The translations under genes were made by a program, and so were the position numbers. A DNA stretch of 64,000 nt from an uncultured Acidobacteriota bacterium (lineage in GTDB: Bacteria > Acidobacteriota > Thermoanaerobaculia > UBA5066). Positions 18,218 to 28,185 of the stretch are shown here, one piece after another. Under the pieces are notes generated by a model that saw nothing but the letters and a program-made list of their open reading frames with translations, searched no databases and was not told where the DNA came from. The stretch's first letter is position 1. The number at the start of each line of letters is the position of its first letter. The stretch spans positions 1,504,001 through 1,568,000 of the forward strand of contig CAVZYA010000002.1 in assembly GCA_963779415.1 (NCBI GenBank), read 5' to 3'.

Positions 18218-18979
18218 TTGAGGTATCTCATCCTGTCCGACATTCATTCGAACGACGAGGCCCTCGCGGCCGTCCTGAACCGGGTCAAGCGGAAGCGCTT
18301 CGACCGGATCATCTGTCTCGGGGACTTCGTCGGCTATGCGGCCGACCCCAACAAGGTCCTCGACCGCTTCCGCTCGCTCCCGAAGACGCGGTTCTCGATC
18401 CGTGGAAACCACGACAAGGTGGTCATCGGCACGGACCCGGGCGAGCTCTTCAATCCGCCCGCCCTCGCGGCGGCGCGCTGGACGGCCGAGCGCCTGTCGA
18501 AGGAGAACCTCGATTTTCTGAAGAAGCTCCCGCCGGGCCCGACGATCGTGGACGACCTGTTCGTCGTCTGCCACGGCTCGCCGCTCGACGAGGACGCCTA
18601 CATCTTCTCGGACTTCGACGCCTCGATGAACTTCATCCAGATGGACAAGATGGCCGCGGGCGTCGATCTCTGCTTCTTCGGGCACAGCCACATTCCGTCG
18701 GTCTTCACCCTCGAGGAGGACGGCGGCATCCGCGTCGAGGCGATCCGCGGAAACCGCCACCGCCTCGAGCTCAGGCGGGAGCGGAAGTACCTCGTCAACC
18801 CCGGCTCGGTCGGCCAGCCGCGGGACCGGATTCCGCACGCGTCGTACGCCATCTTCGACGCGGGCGAGCGGATGGTCCACTTCGACCGCGTTCCCTACGA
18901 CGTACAGGGGGCAAGGCGGAAGATCTACCGCGCCGGCCTCCCGGCCGTTCTCGGCGATCGCCTCGTGATCGGCCTTTGA
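18218..18979 (+). CDS. Metallophosphoesterase (calcineurin-like, YfcE/PrpA-like)
   Basis: SDIHSN, LGDFVGY, RGNHD, HGSP, FGHSH, NPGSVGQPRD. Confidence 0.9.
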   Translation: MRYLILSDIHSNDEALAAVLNRVKRKRFDRIICLGDFVGYAADPNKVLDRFRSLPKTRFSIRGNHDKVVIGTDPGELFNPPALAAARWTAERLSKENLDFLKKLPPGPTIVDDLFVVCHGSPLDEDAYIFSDFDASMNFIQMDKMAAGVDLCFFGHSHIPSVFTLEEDGGIRVEAIRGNRHRLELRRERKYLVNPGSVGQPRDRIPHASYAIFDAGERMVHFDRVPYDVQGARRKIYRAGLPAVLGDRLVIGL

Positions 18980-20991
18980 GGCCGCGAAGTTCCCGGTTCC
19001 CGGCGATCCTTCTCGTGGCGGCCGGGGCCGTCTTCGCATCCTCGACTTCTTCCTCGCCGGCGTCGGAGAGGGTCGAGACGTTCGCGAAGCTCCTTCGGGC
19101 CGAAGACACGAGGACGTTCCACCGGGATCTCCTCTCCGGTGCGGCGGCGTCGCCCGATCCCTGGCTCCGGAAGAAGGCGGCGCTCACGGCGGGGCGGATC
19201 CGCGATCCCGGTGTGGCGGAGCTGATCGCCCCCCTTCTTCGTGATCCGGAGGCGTCCGTCCGTCGCGCCGCCGCCTTCGCCGCCGGCATGACGGAAGACC
19301 GGCGCCTCGTGTCGCCGCTCGTCCGGACGCTCGCGGATCCGGATCCCTCCGTGGCCGTGGCGGCGGCGCTGGCGCTCGGGAAGATCGGCGGTCCGGATGC
19401 GACCGCGGCGCTTCTGTCACTTCTCGATTCGGACTCTCCGGTTCGCGCCGCGGCGGCGATGGCGCTCGTCCGGTCGGAGGAGCCCCGCGTCCGCGAGAAG
19501 CTCGCCTCGCTCGCCACCGACCCGGCCGTTCCCGCCGACGTCCGGCGCGGGGCCGTCTACTCCCTGTCGCGTCGTCCGACGAAAGAGGGCGAAGCGGCGC
19601 TTCGCGCCGTGCTGAGAAGGAAAGAGAGCGAGGAGGAACGCGACGCGATCGCCTGGGCGGCCCGGGGAAGCGGGATTCTGAAGGATCCGGAGGCGATCGG
19701 GGACCTCGTCCGGCTCGCCTCGTCGGCGGAGATCCCGGTCGCGGTTCCGTCGCTCCTCGCGCTCGAGAAGATCGTCGCGGCGTCGACGGATCCGCGGGTC
19801 GGCGAGAAGGTCCGGGAGGTGGCGCTCGTCCGCGCGAACGACCCGCTCCCCGGTATCGCGGTGTCGGCGTTGCGGCTCCTCGGGCGCGTCCCGGGCGACG
19901 TCGAGGCTCGAAAGGCCCTCGAAAAGATATTTCTTCGAAAAGGGTGGAGGGGGGAGACGGCTCTCGTCAGCCTTGCCCGCGTCGACGCGGCGGAGGCACG
20001 GCGCCTGCTTCAAATTGCGGTCCGGGGAGACTCCCTCGAGCTGAAGCTCGGGGCCTCCGAAGCGCTGGAGTTCGTCTCCGAGGAAGACGCCGCATCGGTC
20101 GGTCCCGCGCTCCTCTCGGATCGCTCCGCCCGGGTCCGGACCTCGGCGGTCTCATTCCTTTCGAAGAGAAAGACGCCGATTCCCGATGCGGGACTCCTTG
20201 CAGCGTTGAACGACCCGAGCCCGTCCGTCCGTGCGGCCGCGCTGGAGGCCGCGGCCCCGCGTCTCGAGGCGGTCCCGGCCCTCGTCCCGGCGTGGGAAAA
20301 GGCGTTCGGCCGGAGCTTTGGGACGGCCGAGCCCGACGACGTCGTCACGGCGCTCGAGGCGGCGGCCGCCCGTGGCGCGGCGGGGCGCACGCTCGTGGCG
20401 GCGAGAGTGGACGACCCCGATTCCGTCGTCCGGGAAAAGGCGCGGCGCCTGATGGTGGAGAAATTCGGTGTGGCGCCCGGCGGCTTCCGGAAGATACCCG
20501 TGGATAGCGGGCGGACGATGGCCGGGTACCGCGAGCTCGCCCGGATGGCCCTTACTTTCGAGGCCGAGGTCGAGATCAGGACGGTCCGGGGGGAGTTCCG
20601 GATCGCTCTGGATTTCGAGGAGGCCCCCGCGACGTCTTTCAGCTTCTACACTCTCGCGAGGCACGGCTTCTTCAACGGGCTCCTCATCCACCGCGTCGTC
20701 CCCGATTTCGTCATCCAGACGGGAGACCCTCGCGGTGACGGGAGCGGCGGGCCGGGATACGTCCTCCGGGACGAGCTGAATATGCGGACGTACGAGCGTG
20801 GGACGGTGGGGATGGCGCTCTCGGGCCCCGACACGGGGGGCTCGCAGTGGTTCGTCGCGCTCTCCCCGCAGCCCCACCTCGACGGGGGCTACACGGTCTT
20901 CGGGCGTGTCGTCTCCGGCCTGGGAATCCTCGACCGGATCGAGCAGGACGACCGGCTCCTCTCCGTGACTGTCCGGGAGAAAAAGCGTTGA
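18976..20991 (+). CDS. Exported HEAT-repeat protein with C-terminal cyclophilin-type PPIase
   Basis: Signal peptide; repeated DPxxxVRxAAA HEAT motifs; HRVVPDFVIQTGDPRGDGSGGPG, GSQWFV, HLDGGYTVFGRV. Confidence 0.88.
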   Translation: MRPRSSRFPAILLVAAGAVFASSTSSSPASERVETFAKLLRAEDTRTFHRDLLSGAAASPDPWLRKKAALTAGRIRDPGVAELIAPLLRDPEASVRRAAAFAAGMTEDRRLVSPLVRTLADPDPSVAVAAALALGKIGGPDATAALLSLLDSDSPVRAAAAMALVRSEEPRVREKLASLATDPAVPADVRRGAVYSLSRRPTKEGEAALRAVLRRKESEEERDAIAWAARGSGILKDPEAIGDLVRLASSAEIPVAVPSLLALEKIVAASTDPRVGEKVREVALVRANDPLPGIAVSALRLLGRVPGDVEARKALEKIFLRKGWRGETALVSLARVDAAEARRLLQIAVRGDSLELKLGASEALEFVSEEDAASVGPALLSDRSARVRTSAVSFLSKRKTPIPDAGLLAALNDPSPSVRAAALEAAAPRLEAVPALVPAWEKAFGRSFGTAEPDDVVTALEAAAARGAAGRTLVAARVDDPDSVVREKARRLMVEKFGVAPGGFRKIPVDSGRTMAGYRELARMALTFEAEVEIRTVRGEFRIALDFEEAPATSFSFYTLARHGFFNGLLIHRVVPDFVIQTGDPRGDGSGGPGYVLRDELNMRTYERGTVGMALSGPDTGGSQWFVALSPQPHLDGGYTVFGRVVSGLGILDRIEQDDRLLSVTVREKKR

Positions 20992-21902
20992 GAGTCTTCG
21001 TCGGCCAGCCGCTCCCCGAGCCGTCGACGTCCGAGCTGCTCTCGGGGCACGAGGTCGTGACGGGCAAAGGCGGGCTCGCTCCGGAGGAGGTCTCCGTCCA
21101 TCTCGCCATTGCGGACGCGTTTCTCCCGACGCCGCGCGAGCGCGTCAGCCGCGAGGTCCTGGGCGCCGCCCCTCGCCTCTCCATCGTCGCGACCTGTTCC
21201 GTCGGCACGGACCACATCGATCTCGCCGCGTGCCGCGAGCGCGGGATCGTCGTCTCGAATACGCCGGGGGTCCTGACGGACGCGACGGCGGACCTCGCCT
21301 TCGCGTTGATCCTCTCCGTGACGCGGCGGATGACGGAGGGAGAGGCGCTCGCCCGCTCGGGGACGTGGGACGGCTGGAAGCCGCTCGAGCTGCTCGGCAC
21401 GGGTCTTCAGGGAAAGACGCTCGGGATCTACGGGATGGGGCGAATCGGGACGGCGGTCGCCCGTCGGGGCGAGGCTTTCGGGATGCGGATCCTCGGGATG
21501 ACGGAGAAGGACGGCCTGGACCGTTTCGAGCGGCTTCTCGCCGAGTCCGACGTCCTCTCGATCCACGTGCCGCTCACGCCGGGAACCCGGGGCCGGTTCG
21601 GCCGGGCCGAATTCTCCCGGATGAAGCGTGGCGCTTTCCTCGTGAACACGGCGAGGGGCCCGATCGTGGAGGAGGAAGCGCTCGCCACGGCGCTGGAAGA
21701 GGGGCGCCTCGGCGGCGCCGGCCTCGACGTCTATGAGAAGGAGCCCTCCATCCATCCGCGCCTCCTCGGGCGGAGGGACGTCACTCTCCTCCCGCACCTC
21801 GGCTCGGCGACGATCGAGACGCGACTCGCGATGGCGCGTACGGCCTCGGCCGAGATCGCTCGCTTCTTCCGGGGCGAGCCGCTTCTCCATCCGGTCGGCT
21901 GA
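20988..21902 (+). CDS. D-2-hydroxyacid dehydrogenase (glyoxylate reductase-like)
   Basis: NTPGVLTDATAD, GMGRIG, VNTARG, GLDVYEKEP, LPHLGSAT; TTGA overlap start. Confidence 0.9.
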   Translation: MRVFVGQPLPEPSTSELLSGHEVVTGKGGLAPEEVSVHLAIADAFLPTPRERVSREVLGAAPRLSIVATCSVGTDHIDLAACRERGIVVSNTPGVLTDATADLAFALILSVTRRMTEGEALARSGTWDGWKPLELLGTGLQGKTLGIYGMGRIGTAVARRGEAFGMRILGMTEKDGLDRFERLLAESDVLSIHVPLTPGTRGRFGRAEFSRMKRGAFLVNTARGPIVEEEALATALEEGRLGGAGLDVYEKEPSIHPRLLGRRDVTLLPHLGSATIETRLAMARTASAEIARFFRGEPLLHPVG

Positions 21903-21955
21903 ACCGTCCGGAACACTTGTCCCCGCCGCCGCTGACCGGTTATCGTCGCCCCCAG

Positions 21956-23572
21956 ATGGAAACCGATGCGGGCCGACCCTCTCTCCGCTTCGACGTCGTC
22001 GTCCTCGGCGGCGCCATCGCCGGCTCCTCGGCCGCGCTCCTTCTGCGGCGCTGGCAGCCGGAGCTTTCTGTCCTCGTCCTCGAGAAGGGGACTGCCTTCG
22101 ACTGGAAGGTGGGGGAGTCGACGGTCGAGATCTCGGCGTATTTCCTGACGCGCGTCCTGAAGCTGTACGACTACCTGACGCGCGATCAGGTCACGAAACA
22201 GGGCTTCCGTTACTGGTTTCACAACGGAGACGTCCGGTGCCTGCGCGAGGCGAGTGAGGTGGGCCCCTCGCAGCTCGCGCGGACCCCGGGCTTTCAGCTC
22301 GACCGATCCCGCCTCGACGAGCACGTTCTCCGCCTCGCGGCCACGGAGGGCGCGGAAGTCTGGCGCCCCGCCCGGGCCGCCGAGCTCCGGCTCCGGGACG
22401 AGACCGGCGAGGCGGAGAACGTGGTCGTCGTCGAGCGCGGCGGGGAGCGGGTCGAGGTGCGGGCCGGATGGGTCGTGGACGCCACGGGGCGCGCCGCGAC
22501 GATCGCCCGGAAGAAGGGGCTCCTGAAACCCCTCGAGGCGCACCAGACGGCGTCGATCTGGGCGCGGTTTCGCGGCGTGAAGGACCTCGACGGAACGGAG
22601 GTCGTCGGGACCGACCCGGCCGATCCGTTCGTCCGGGACGTCGTCGTCGCGCGGCGTCTCTCGACGAACCACTTCGTCGGCCTCGGCTACTGGATCTGGT
22701 TCATTCCGCTTCGCGGGGGCGAGACCTCGATCGGACTCGTCTGGGACAAGCGGATCATCGACCCGAAGGGGGCGACGCCCGAGGAGCGGCTCCTTCGGTT
22801 CCTCGACGGAAACCCCCTGACGAGGGAGATGCTCGAGAAGGCCGAGATCGTTCCCGGCGACCTGCGCTACTACGGACACCTTCCCTATCTCAGCGACGGC
22901 GTCGTGGGGGACGGCTGGTCGCTCGTCGGGGACGCGGCCGGCTTTCTCGACCCGTTCTACAGCCCGGGCCTCGACCAGATGGCGTTCTCGGTCAGCTGGT
23001 CGCTGGAGCTGATCCGGAAGATGAAGGCCCTCCCGGGCGCCGAGTTCGCGAAGGAGTTGGAGCTTCACAACACGCGGTATCGCCGGTACTTCAGCTACTT
23101 CTTCGGCTCCATTTACCAGGAGAAGTACTGGCTCATGGGGGACTACGACACGATGACGACGGCGTTCCTGATGGACACGGCGCTCTATTACCTCGCGGCC
23201 GTCATCCCCATCTACCGCTGGTCGGCGGAGCGGATTCTCGTTCCCCCCTTCTACCAGGACTTCTCCGAGGTGGCCTTTTATCCGATGCGCTTCTACCAGC
23301 GCCGACTGATCTCCATCGCGAAGCGAAAGCTGGCGCTGGGGATCTACGGCAACCACAACGCGGGGCGGCGTCCCGGGCTCGTCGGCTTCTCCGTCCGCTC
23401 CAGCGCCTGGGTCATGCTCGGGCATGGCCTCGTCCGGTGGGCGAAGGCCGAGTTCTTCCATGCGCTCTCGTACTTCGTGCGGCCCAAGCCGATGACGGCG
23501 CAGATGCCGATCCAGGATCGGGTCACGCCGGCCTCGCCGGGCCCTGCGGATTCCCCCGCGAAGGCCGCCTAG
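21956..23572 (+). CDS. Flavin-dependent halogenase family oxidoreductase
   Basis: GGAIAG FAD motif, KVGEST, TKQG (candidate catalytic Lys), WIWFIP, GDAAGFLDPFYSPG. Confidence 0.8.
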   Translation: METDAGRPSLRFDVVVLGGAIAGSSAALLLRRWQPELSVLVLEKGTAFDWKVGESTVEISAYFLTRVLKLYDYLTRDQVTKQGFRYWFHNGDVRCLREASEVGPSQLARTPGFQLDRSRLDEHVLRLAATEGAEVWRPARAAELRLRDETGEAENVVVVERGGERVEVRAGWVVDATGRAATIARKKGLLKPLEAHQTASIWARFRGVKDLDGTEVVGTDPADPFVRDVVVARRLSTNHFVGLGYWIWFIPLRGGETSIGLVWDKRIIDPKGATPEERLLRFLDGNPLTREMLEKAEIVPGDLRYYGHLPYLSDGVVGDGWSLVGDAAGFLDPFYSPGLDQMAFSVSWSLELIRKMKALPGAEFAKELELHNTRYRRYFSYFFGSIYQEKYWLMGDYDTMTTAFLMDTALYYLAAVIPIYRWSAERILVPPFYQDFSEVAFYPMRFYQRRLISIAKRKLALGIYGNHNAGRRPGLVGFSVRSSAWVMLGHGLVRWAKAEFFHALSYFVRPKPMTAQMPIQDRVTPASPGPADSPAKAA

Positions 23573-25224
23573 CCGTAAAGGTCGGCGCGCGAGAGAGCGC
23601 GCGCGCCGATCGCGAAAGCGGCCGCGCCGAGCAGGATCGCGGCCACGCACCACCCGATCAGGGAGGCGGCCGCCGGAAATGCCTGGCCGCTCAATGTTCC
23701 AAGGAGGAGCCGCAGCTCACCGGAGACGGCCACGGACGCGGTCGCGGAAAGAGCCGTCGAGAGGACGAGGGTGAAGAGGCCTCCGGGTCCGAGAGCGACG
23801 GCGACCGCGTTCGGGGCGTCGTAGCGCGGGAAGAGCGCGCCGAGGCCGAGCTGAAGGGCCGGAAGGGCGAGCGCGCCTAGGAGCGTGACGGCGAGCGCGG
23901 CGAGCCGGGCCGGACGGGGGGGCGAGAGGATCGCGAGGCTCGCGAAGGAGAGGCCGAGCCCCGCGAGCCCCGCGGGGATGGCGCGGACGAGATACCGGTG
24001 GAAAAGGTGCCGCGTCGGCGAGAGCGGAAGCGAGCGGAGAACGAGAGCGGCGCGGCCGTCGGCGGAGACGGCCGGATAGGCGAACCGGAGCGATAGCGCC
24101 GCGACGAGGAAGAGAGTGATGGCGGTCTGGAGGCCGAGGAGGACGTCCCGCGTCGAAGCGTCCCCCCGCGGGAGGACGGCGAGGTTCAGGAGCTGGAGGA
24201 CGAAGACGGCGAAAAGCGAGCCCATCTGAGCGGGCGTCGAAGCCTCGCGCAGGAGGGCCGCCGCCTCGGACCGGAAGAGGGCGCGATCGAGCGAGGTGAC
24301 CGGGCGGCGGAGTGCCGCCGTGCGGGGCGACGCCGGGAGGAGCCGGGCCTCCTCGAGCGCCCGTCGGTGAACGGGGGCGAGACGGCCCGCGGCGACGAAG
24401 AGGAGGGCGGCGACGGCGAGCGAGACGAGAGCCGCCGCGAGCCCCCCCGGATCGCCGAAGAGGGCGCGCGTCAGCGCCCGGGCCGCATGGGCGGCCGGGT
24501 CGAGGCCGGGCGGAGAGGGCGGGGTCTCGCCGAGCGCCTGCAGGAGCGCCAGCGCCTGGACGGGATCGAAGAGCCGCTCGGGCCTCGATCCGCGAAAGCC
24601 GATCAGCGCGGCCGAGAGCCCGAGCGCCGAGAGGGTCGCGGCCAGGAGGAGCGCGCGGCGCGGAGGGATCAACCGGACGAGTAGAAGCGCGCCGGCGCTT
24701 CCCGCCACGCCCGAGGCGAGCGTCAAGGAGGCGAGCACGGCCATGCCCGCCGCGAGCGCCACGGCGGGACGAGGAGACCGGGCGGCGGCGACGCCGAGCG
24801 AGGGAAGGAGGAGAAGAAGCATCGGGGCGGCCGACGCGCCGGCCGTCCGGAGAATCTGGCGACGGAAGATCCGGACGTGAGGAATCGGCAGGACGAGGAG
24901 GGCCGGAAGCTCCGCGGAGAGAATGAGAGTCGAGACCCCGGTAGTCAGGGCGCCGAGGAGGAGGAGAACGGCGGCGGAGACGAGGCCCGCGGCGAGGAGT
25001 CGCTCGACGAGCCAGGGCGCGCGGATTTCGGGGATCTGCGGAAGCGCGACTGCCGCCGCGTCGAGGATGGCCGAGGTGGCTCCGCCGGTCCCGGCGGCGA
25101 AGGCGACGGCCGAAAGCGCCGCGACGAGGCTCGCGACCGTGTATCGGGCGCCGCCGCTTCGGAAACCGCGAACGAAACCGCGGAGCGAGTTCGCAAAGGC
25201 GATCCGGGCCGGAGAGGAAGCCAC
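23569..25224 (-). CDS. Putative ABC exporter permease
   Basis: Multiple hydrophobic segments, RFAYPAVSADG / RSLPLS motifs; directly follows ABC ATPase. Confidence 0.7.
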   Translation of the reverse strand: MASSPARIAFANSLRGFVRGFRSGGARYTVASLVAALSAVAFAAGTGGATSAILDAAAVALPQIPEIRAPWLVERLLAAGLVSAAVLLLLGALTTGVSTLILSAELPALLVLPIPHVRIFRRQILRTAGASAAPMLLLLLPSLGVAAARSPRPAVALAAGMAVLASLTLASGVAGSAGALLLVRLIPPRRALLLAATLSALGLSAALIGFRGSRPERLFDPVQALALLQALGETPPSPPGLDPAAHAARALTRALFGDPGGLAAALVSLAVAALLFVAAGRLAPVHRRALEEARLLPASPRTAALRRPVTSLDRALFRSEAAALLREASTPAQMGSLFAVFVLQLLNLAVLPRGDASTRDVLLGLQTAITLFLVAALSLRFAYPAVSADGRAALVLRSLPLSPTRHLFHRYLVRAIPAGLAGLGLSFASLAILSPPRPARLAALAVTLLGALALPALQLGLGALFPRYDAPNAVAVALGPGGLFTLVLSTALSATASVAVSGELRLLLGTLSGQAFPAAASLIGWCVAAILLGAAAFAIGARALSRADLYG

Positions 25225-25971
25225 TCAGCTCTCCCCGTGTCGCTCCGCTGCGAAGAAGAGTTCCTCGAGGGGACCGCTTCGCCCGCCGGGCGTCGTCATC
25301 CTCGACGGCGCGCCCTGCGCGGCCAGGCGGCCGCCGACGAGGAGTCCCGCCTCCGTCGCGAGATCGGAAGCCGTCGCGAGCTGATGGGTGGTGAAGAGAA
25401 CCGTGGCGCCTTCGGTGGTCCGTTCCCGGAGCCGGCGAGCCAGCGTTCGCTGCGCGAAGGGATCGAGGCCGACCATCGGCTCGTCGAGAACGAAGAGATC
25501 GGGATCGTGGAGAAAGGCCTGGGAGAGGGCGACGCGCTGCCGCGTCCCGTGCGAGAGCGCCTCATTGCGGATGGCGGCCAAGTCCGTGAGGGCGAAGGCC
25601 GAAAGCTCGGCGTCGATCCGCTCCTCGAGCGCGTCGCCGGAGAGGCCGAAAACCGCCCCGACGAAGCGGAGAGACTCCCGCGGGGTCCATTTCGGCCAGA
25701 GGAGCGGCCGGTCCGGGACGAAGCCGAGACGGCGTTTCGCCGCGACCGGCTCGGTCGCCACATCGAACCCGCCGACGAGAACGCGTCCGGCCGTCGGGAC
25801 GAGGAGGCCGGTCAGAAGGCCGAGCGCCGTCGTCTTCCCGGCGCCGTTCGGGCCGACCAGCGCGAAGAGCGTCCCGGGCGCGATCGAGAGGTCGAGAGGA
25901 TGGAGGCCGACGGCACCCCCGTAGTACTTCGACGCCCCCTCGAAGCGGACCGCGTCGGGTTTCGCCCCCAT
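25225..25971 (-). CDS. ABC transporter ATP-binding protein (exporter type)
   Basis: GPNGAGKTT, LSHGTRQR, VLDEPMVGLDP, TTH. Confidence 0.92.
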   Translation of the reverse strand: MGAKPDAVRFEGASKYYGGAVGLHPLDLSIAPGTLFALVGPNGAGKTTALGLLTGLLVPTAGRVLVGGFDVATEPVAAKRRLGFVPDRPLLWPKWTPRESLRFVGAVFGLSGDALEERIDAELSAFALTDLAAIRNEALSHGTRQRVALSQAFLHDPDLFVLDEPMVGLDPFAQRTLARRLRERTTEGATVLFTTHQLATASDLATEAGLLVGGRLAAQGAPSRMTTPGGRSGPLEELFFAAERHGES

Positions 25972-26008
25972 CCGTCAGGGATTCTAGCGGCGGGGGAGAG
26001 ATTGCCGC

Positions 26009-26608
26009 GTGTGGCAGGATGCCTTCGTGGCCGAGAAGGCGGAGTGGGACGACGCCGAGCTGGTGCGCCGGATCCTGGCCGGAGATGAGGTGCACTTCGA
26101 GACGCTCGTCGCACGCTATCAGACGCGCCTCTACCGTTTCATCTCGCGGTTCACGCGGGATTCCGAGGACGCGCGGGACGTCGCGCAGGAGGTCTTCCTC
26201 AAGGTCTACGGGGCGCTCGACGGCTACGATCCGCGCTACCGCTTCTCGACGTGGCTCTTCCGGATCGCCGGGAACGCCGCGATCGACCACCTCCGGCGGC
26301 GGCGCGGCCGGACCTTCCCGCTCGAGACGCTGCCTGACGAAGACGGGGAGACGCACGGAATCGATCCGCGCGACGAACGCCCCGACCCGCTCGAGGACCT
26401 CTCCCGCCGCCGGCTTCGACAGGAGATCGACGCGGCGATCGAGAGGCTTCCGGACGACTACCGCGAGCTGATAGGCCTGCGACATTACGGCGAGCTCCCC
26501 TACGAGGAGATCGCCGAGCTGAAGGGAATGCCGCTCGGCACCGTCAAGAACAAGCTCTTCCGGGCGCGGCGGGCTCTTCGAGATCTTTTGCCGCCCGACA
26601 TCGTATAG
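26009..26608 (+). CDS. ECF sigma-70 factor (SigW/RpoE-like)
   Basis: DARDVAQEVFLK, FSTWLFRIAGNAAIDHLR, YEEIAE...LGTVKNKLFRARRAL. Confidence 0.92.
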   Translation: MWQDAFVAEKAEWDDAELVRRILAGDEVHFETLVARYQTRLYRFISRFTRDSEDARDVAQEVFLKVYGALDGYDPRYRFSTWLFRIAGNAAIDHLRRRRGRTFPLETLPDEDGETHGIDPRDERPDPLEDLSRRRLRQEIDAAIERLPDDYRELIGLRHYGELPYEEIAELKGMPLGTVKNKLFRARRALRDLLPPDIV

Positions 26609-26616
26609 AGGAGTCG

Positions 26617-27108
26617 ATGGAGATGGAGCCTGAGGACCGAATGACCGAGACCGGAGGAACCGCCGTGGAATCCGAGTTGGATCGGAAGATCGAACTCCTT
26701 CTGGATGAAATGGTTACGTCCTCGCCGGCCCTCCCGCACGACTTCGCGGCACGGGTGGCCGCGAGGCGTCCGTTCGCCTCGTGGGAAGTCCGGCATCCCT
26801 CGGCGTGGAAAGTTCCGGCCTTCGCAGGCGCCGGACTTCTCCTGGCAAGCGCGGCTGTGTTCGTGGCACCTGTCGGCCAGCTTGCCCCTTCGACGGCGCT
26901 CGCCGTCTGGGGACATCTCGTCACGGCGGCGCTTTCGTCCTCGGCCTCCGCGGCGATCTCGGCGGCACCGGCCCTCATGGCAGCAGGGGAAGCTCTCCGA
27001 GGCTCCGCGACGCCCGCGCTCGGTCTCCTTGTCCTCGGATCCGGGGCGCTCTTCGGAGCCGCGACGTTCGCATCGCTCCGGCGGCGGACGGCTCGCGCGC
27101 CGCGCTGA
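26617..27108 (+). CDS. Putative membrane anti-sigma factor
   Basis: Directly after ECF sigma; PHDFAARV motif then 2-3 hydrophobic segments; no HxxxCxxC. Confidence 0.55.
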   Translation: MEMEPEDRMTETGGTAVESELDRKIELLLDEMVTSSPALPHDFAARVAARRPFASWEVRHPSAWKVPAFAGAGLLLASAAVFVAPVGQLAPSTALAVWGHLVTAALSSSASAAISAAPALMAAGEALRGSATPALGLLVLGSGALFGAATFASLRRRTARAPR

Positions 27109-27122
27109 GGCCCGGGGACCGG

Positions 27123-28094
27123 ATGTCCTCCCGAAGACGCCGGAGGCCGCCGACGACTCTTCCGGCACTCGGGCTTCTTCTCGCATCGCTTTTTTCCGGC
27201 GCGGCTCACACCGAGTCGACTCCGGCTTCGGCGGGAAAGACCCGGGTCGTCCCCTCGGGCTCGCGAATCGGGGGGGACCTGACCGTCCTTGGACGGGATC
27301 TCGACGTTTCGGGAACCGTTGCGGGGACCGTCGTCGCGACGTGGGGATCGATCCGTGTGAGCGGCCACGTGACGGGACCGGTCGTCGCCATCGGCGGGGA
27401 CGTGACGGTTCTGGAGGAGGGCCGGGTGGACGACGACGTCCTCGCGATCGGAGGCGTGGTCCGTTTCGAGGGGTCGGCGTCCGCCAGCCGGTCGGTCGGC
27501 GGGACCGTGCGCTCCCTCGGTGCGCTCGAGTCCGCGTTCCTCGCGGAGCTCCGGACCTCTCCCGTTGCCGGAGCCGCCGTCTCGCCCGTACTCCTCTCGT
27601 TCCGGATCTTTCTCGTTCTTCTCTGGCTCGCCGCCGCTCTCCTCCTTCTTCGCTTGCAACCGCGAACCGTGGCCGGCGCGGCCGACGCCGTCTCGGGCCG
27701 GGTCGTCAACCTCGGGGCGATCGGAACGTCGGCCGTGCTCTCCGGGCTTCTCCTCGCGGTCGGCCTCCTTCTCGCGATCCCGGCGAAGATCGGTCTCGTC
27801 TTCGCGGCCGTCATCGCCGCGGCGCTCTACGGGGCGAAGGTCTGGGGGCTCTCGGTGCTCTCTCTCGCCATGGGCCGAAACCTCCTTCGATCGGCTCGCC
27901 GGGGGAGCCTGCTCTTCGGAGATCCGGCCGCCATGACGGCCGGCCTCCTCTCCTTCGGCCTCCCGTCTCTCATCCCCGTTCTCGGCCCGCTCTTCTGGGC
28001 CGTCGTCTCCCTCGTCGCGATCGGCGTCGCCGTCCGGGCGACGACGCTCCGCCGGGCGCCGGAGCCTGCGGCCTCCGCCCGCGCCGCGGCATAG
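27123..28094 (+). CDS. Bactofilin-like beta-helix plus multi-TM membrane protein
   Basis: Signal peptide, repeats [16 protein letters not shown] / [16 protein letters not shown] / [14 protein letters not shown], then about 5 TM helices. Confidence 0.75.
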   Translation: MSSRRRRRPPTTLPALGLLLASLFSGAAHTESTPASAGKTRVVPSGSRIGGDLTVLGRDLDVSGTVAGTVVATWGSIRVSGHVTGPVVAIGGDVTVLEEGRVDDDVLAIGGVVRFEGSASASRSVGGTVRSLGALESAFLAELRTSPVAGAAVSPVLLSFRIFLVLLWLAAALLLLRLQPRTVAGAADAVSGRVVNLGAIGTSAVLSGLLLAVGLLLAIPAKIGLVFAAVIAAALYGAKVWGLSVLSLAMGRNLLRSARRGSLLFGDPAAMTAGLLSFGLPSLIPVLGPLFWAVVSLVAIGVAVRATTLRRAPEPAASARAAA

Positions 28095-28185
28095 CAATCC
28101 GGCGATCCGGCGCGGGCTCCCACGGACTGATAGATTCGACGCGCGGCGTCGCCCGAGCGGTCGCCGGGAGGGAGTCGGTCAGACC

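Noticed and set aside
21956-25971. Halogenase plus ABC exporter as a biosynthetic gene cluster
   Set aside because: Genes are convergent and there is no scaffold-forming enzyme or precursor peptide nearby.
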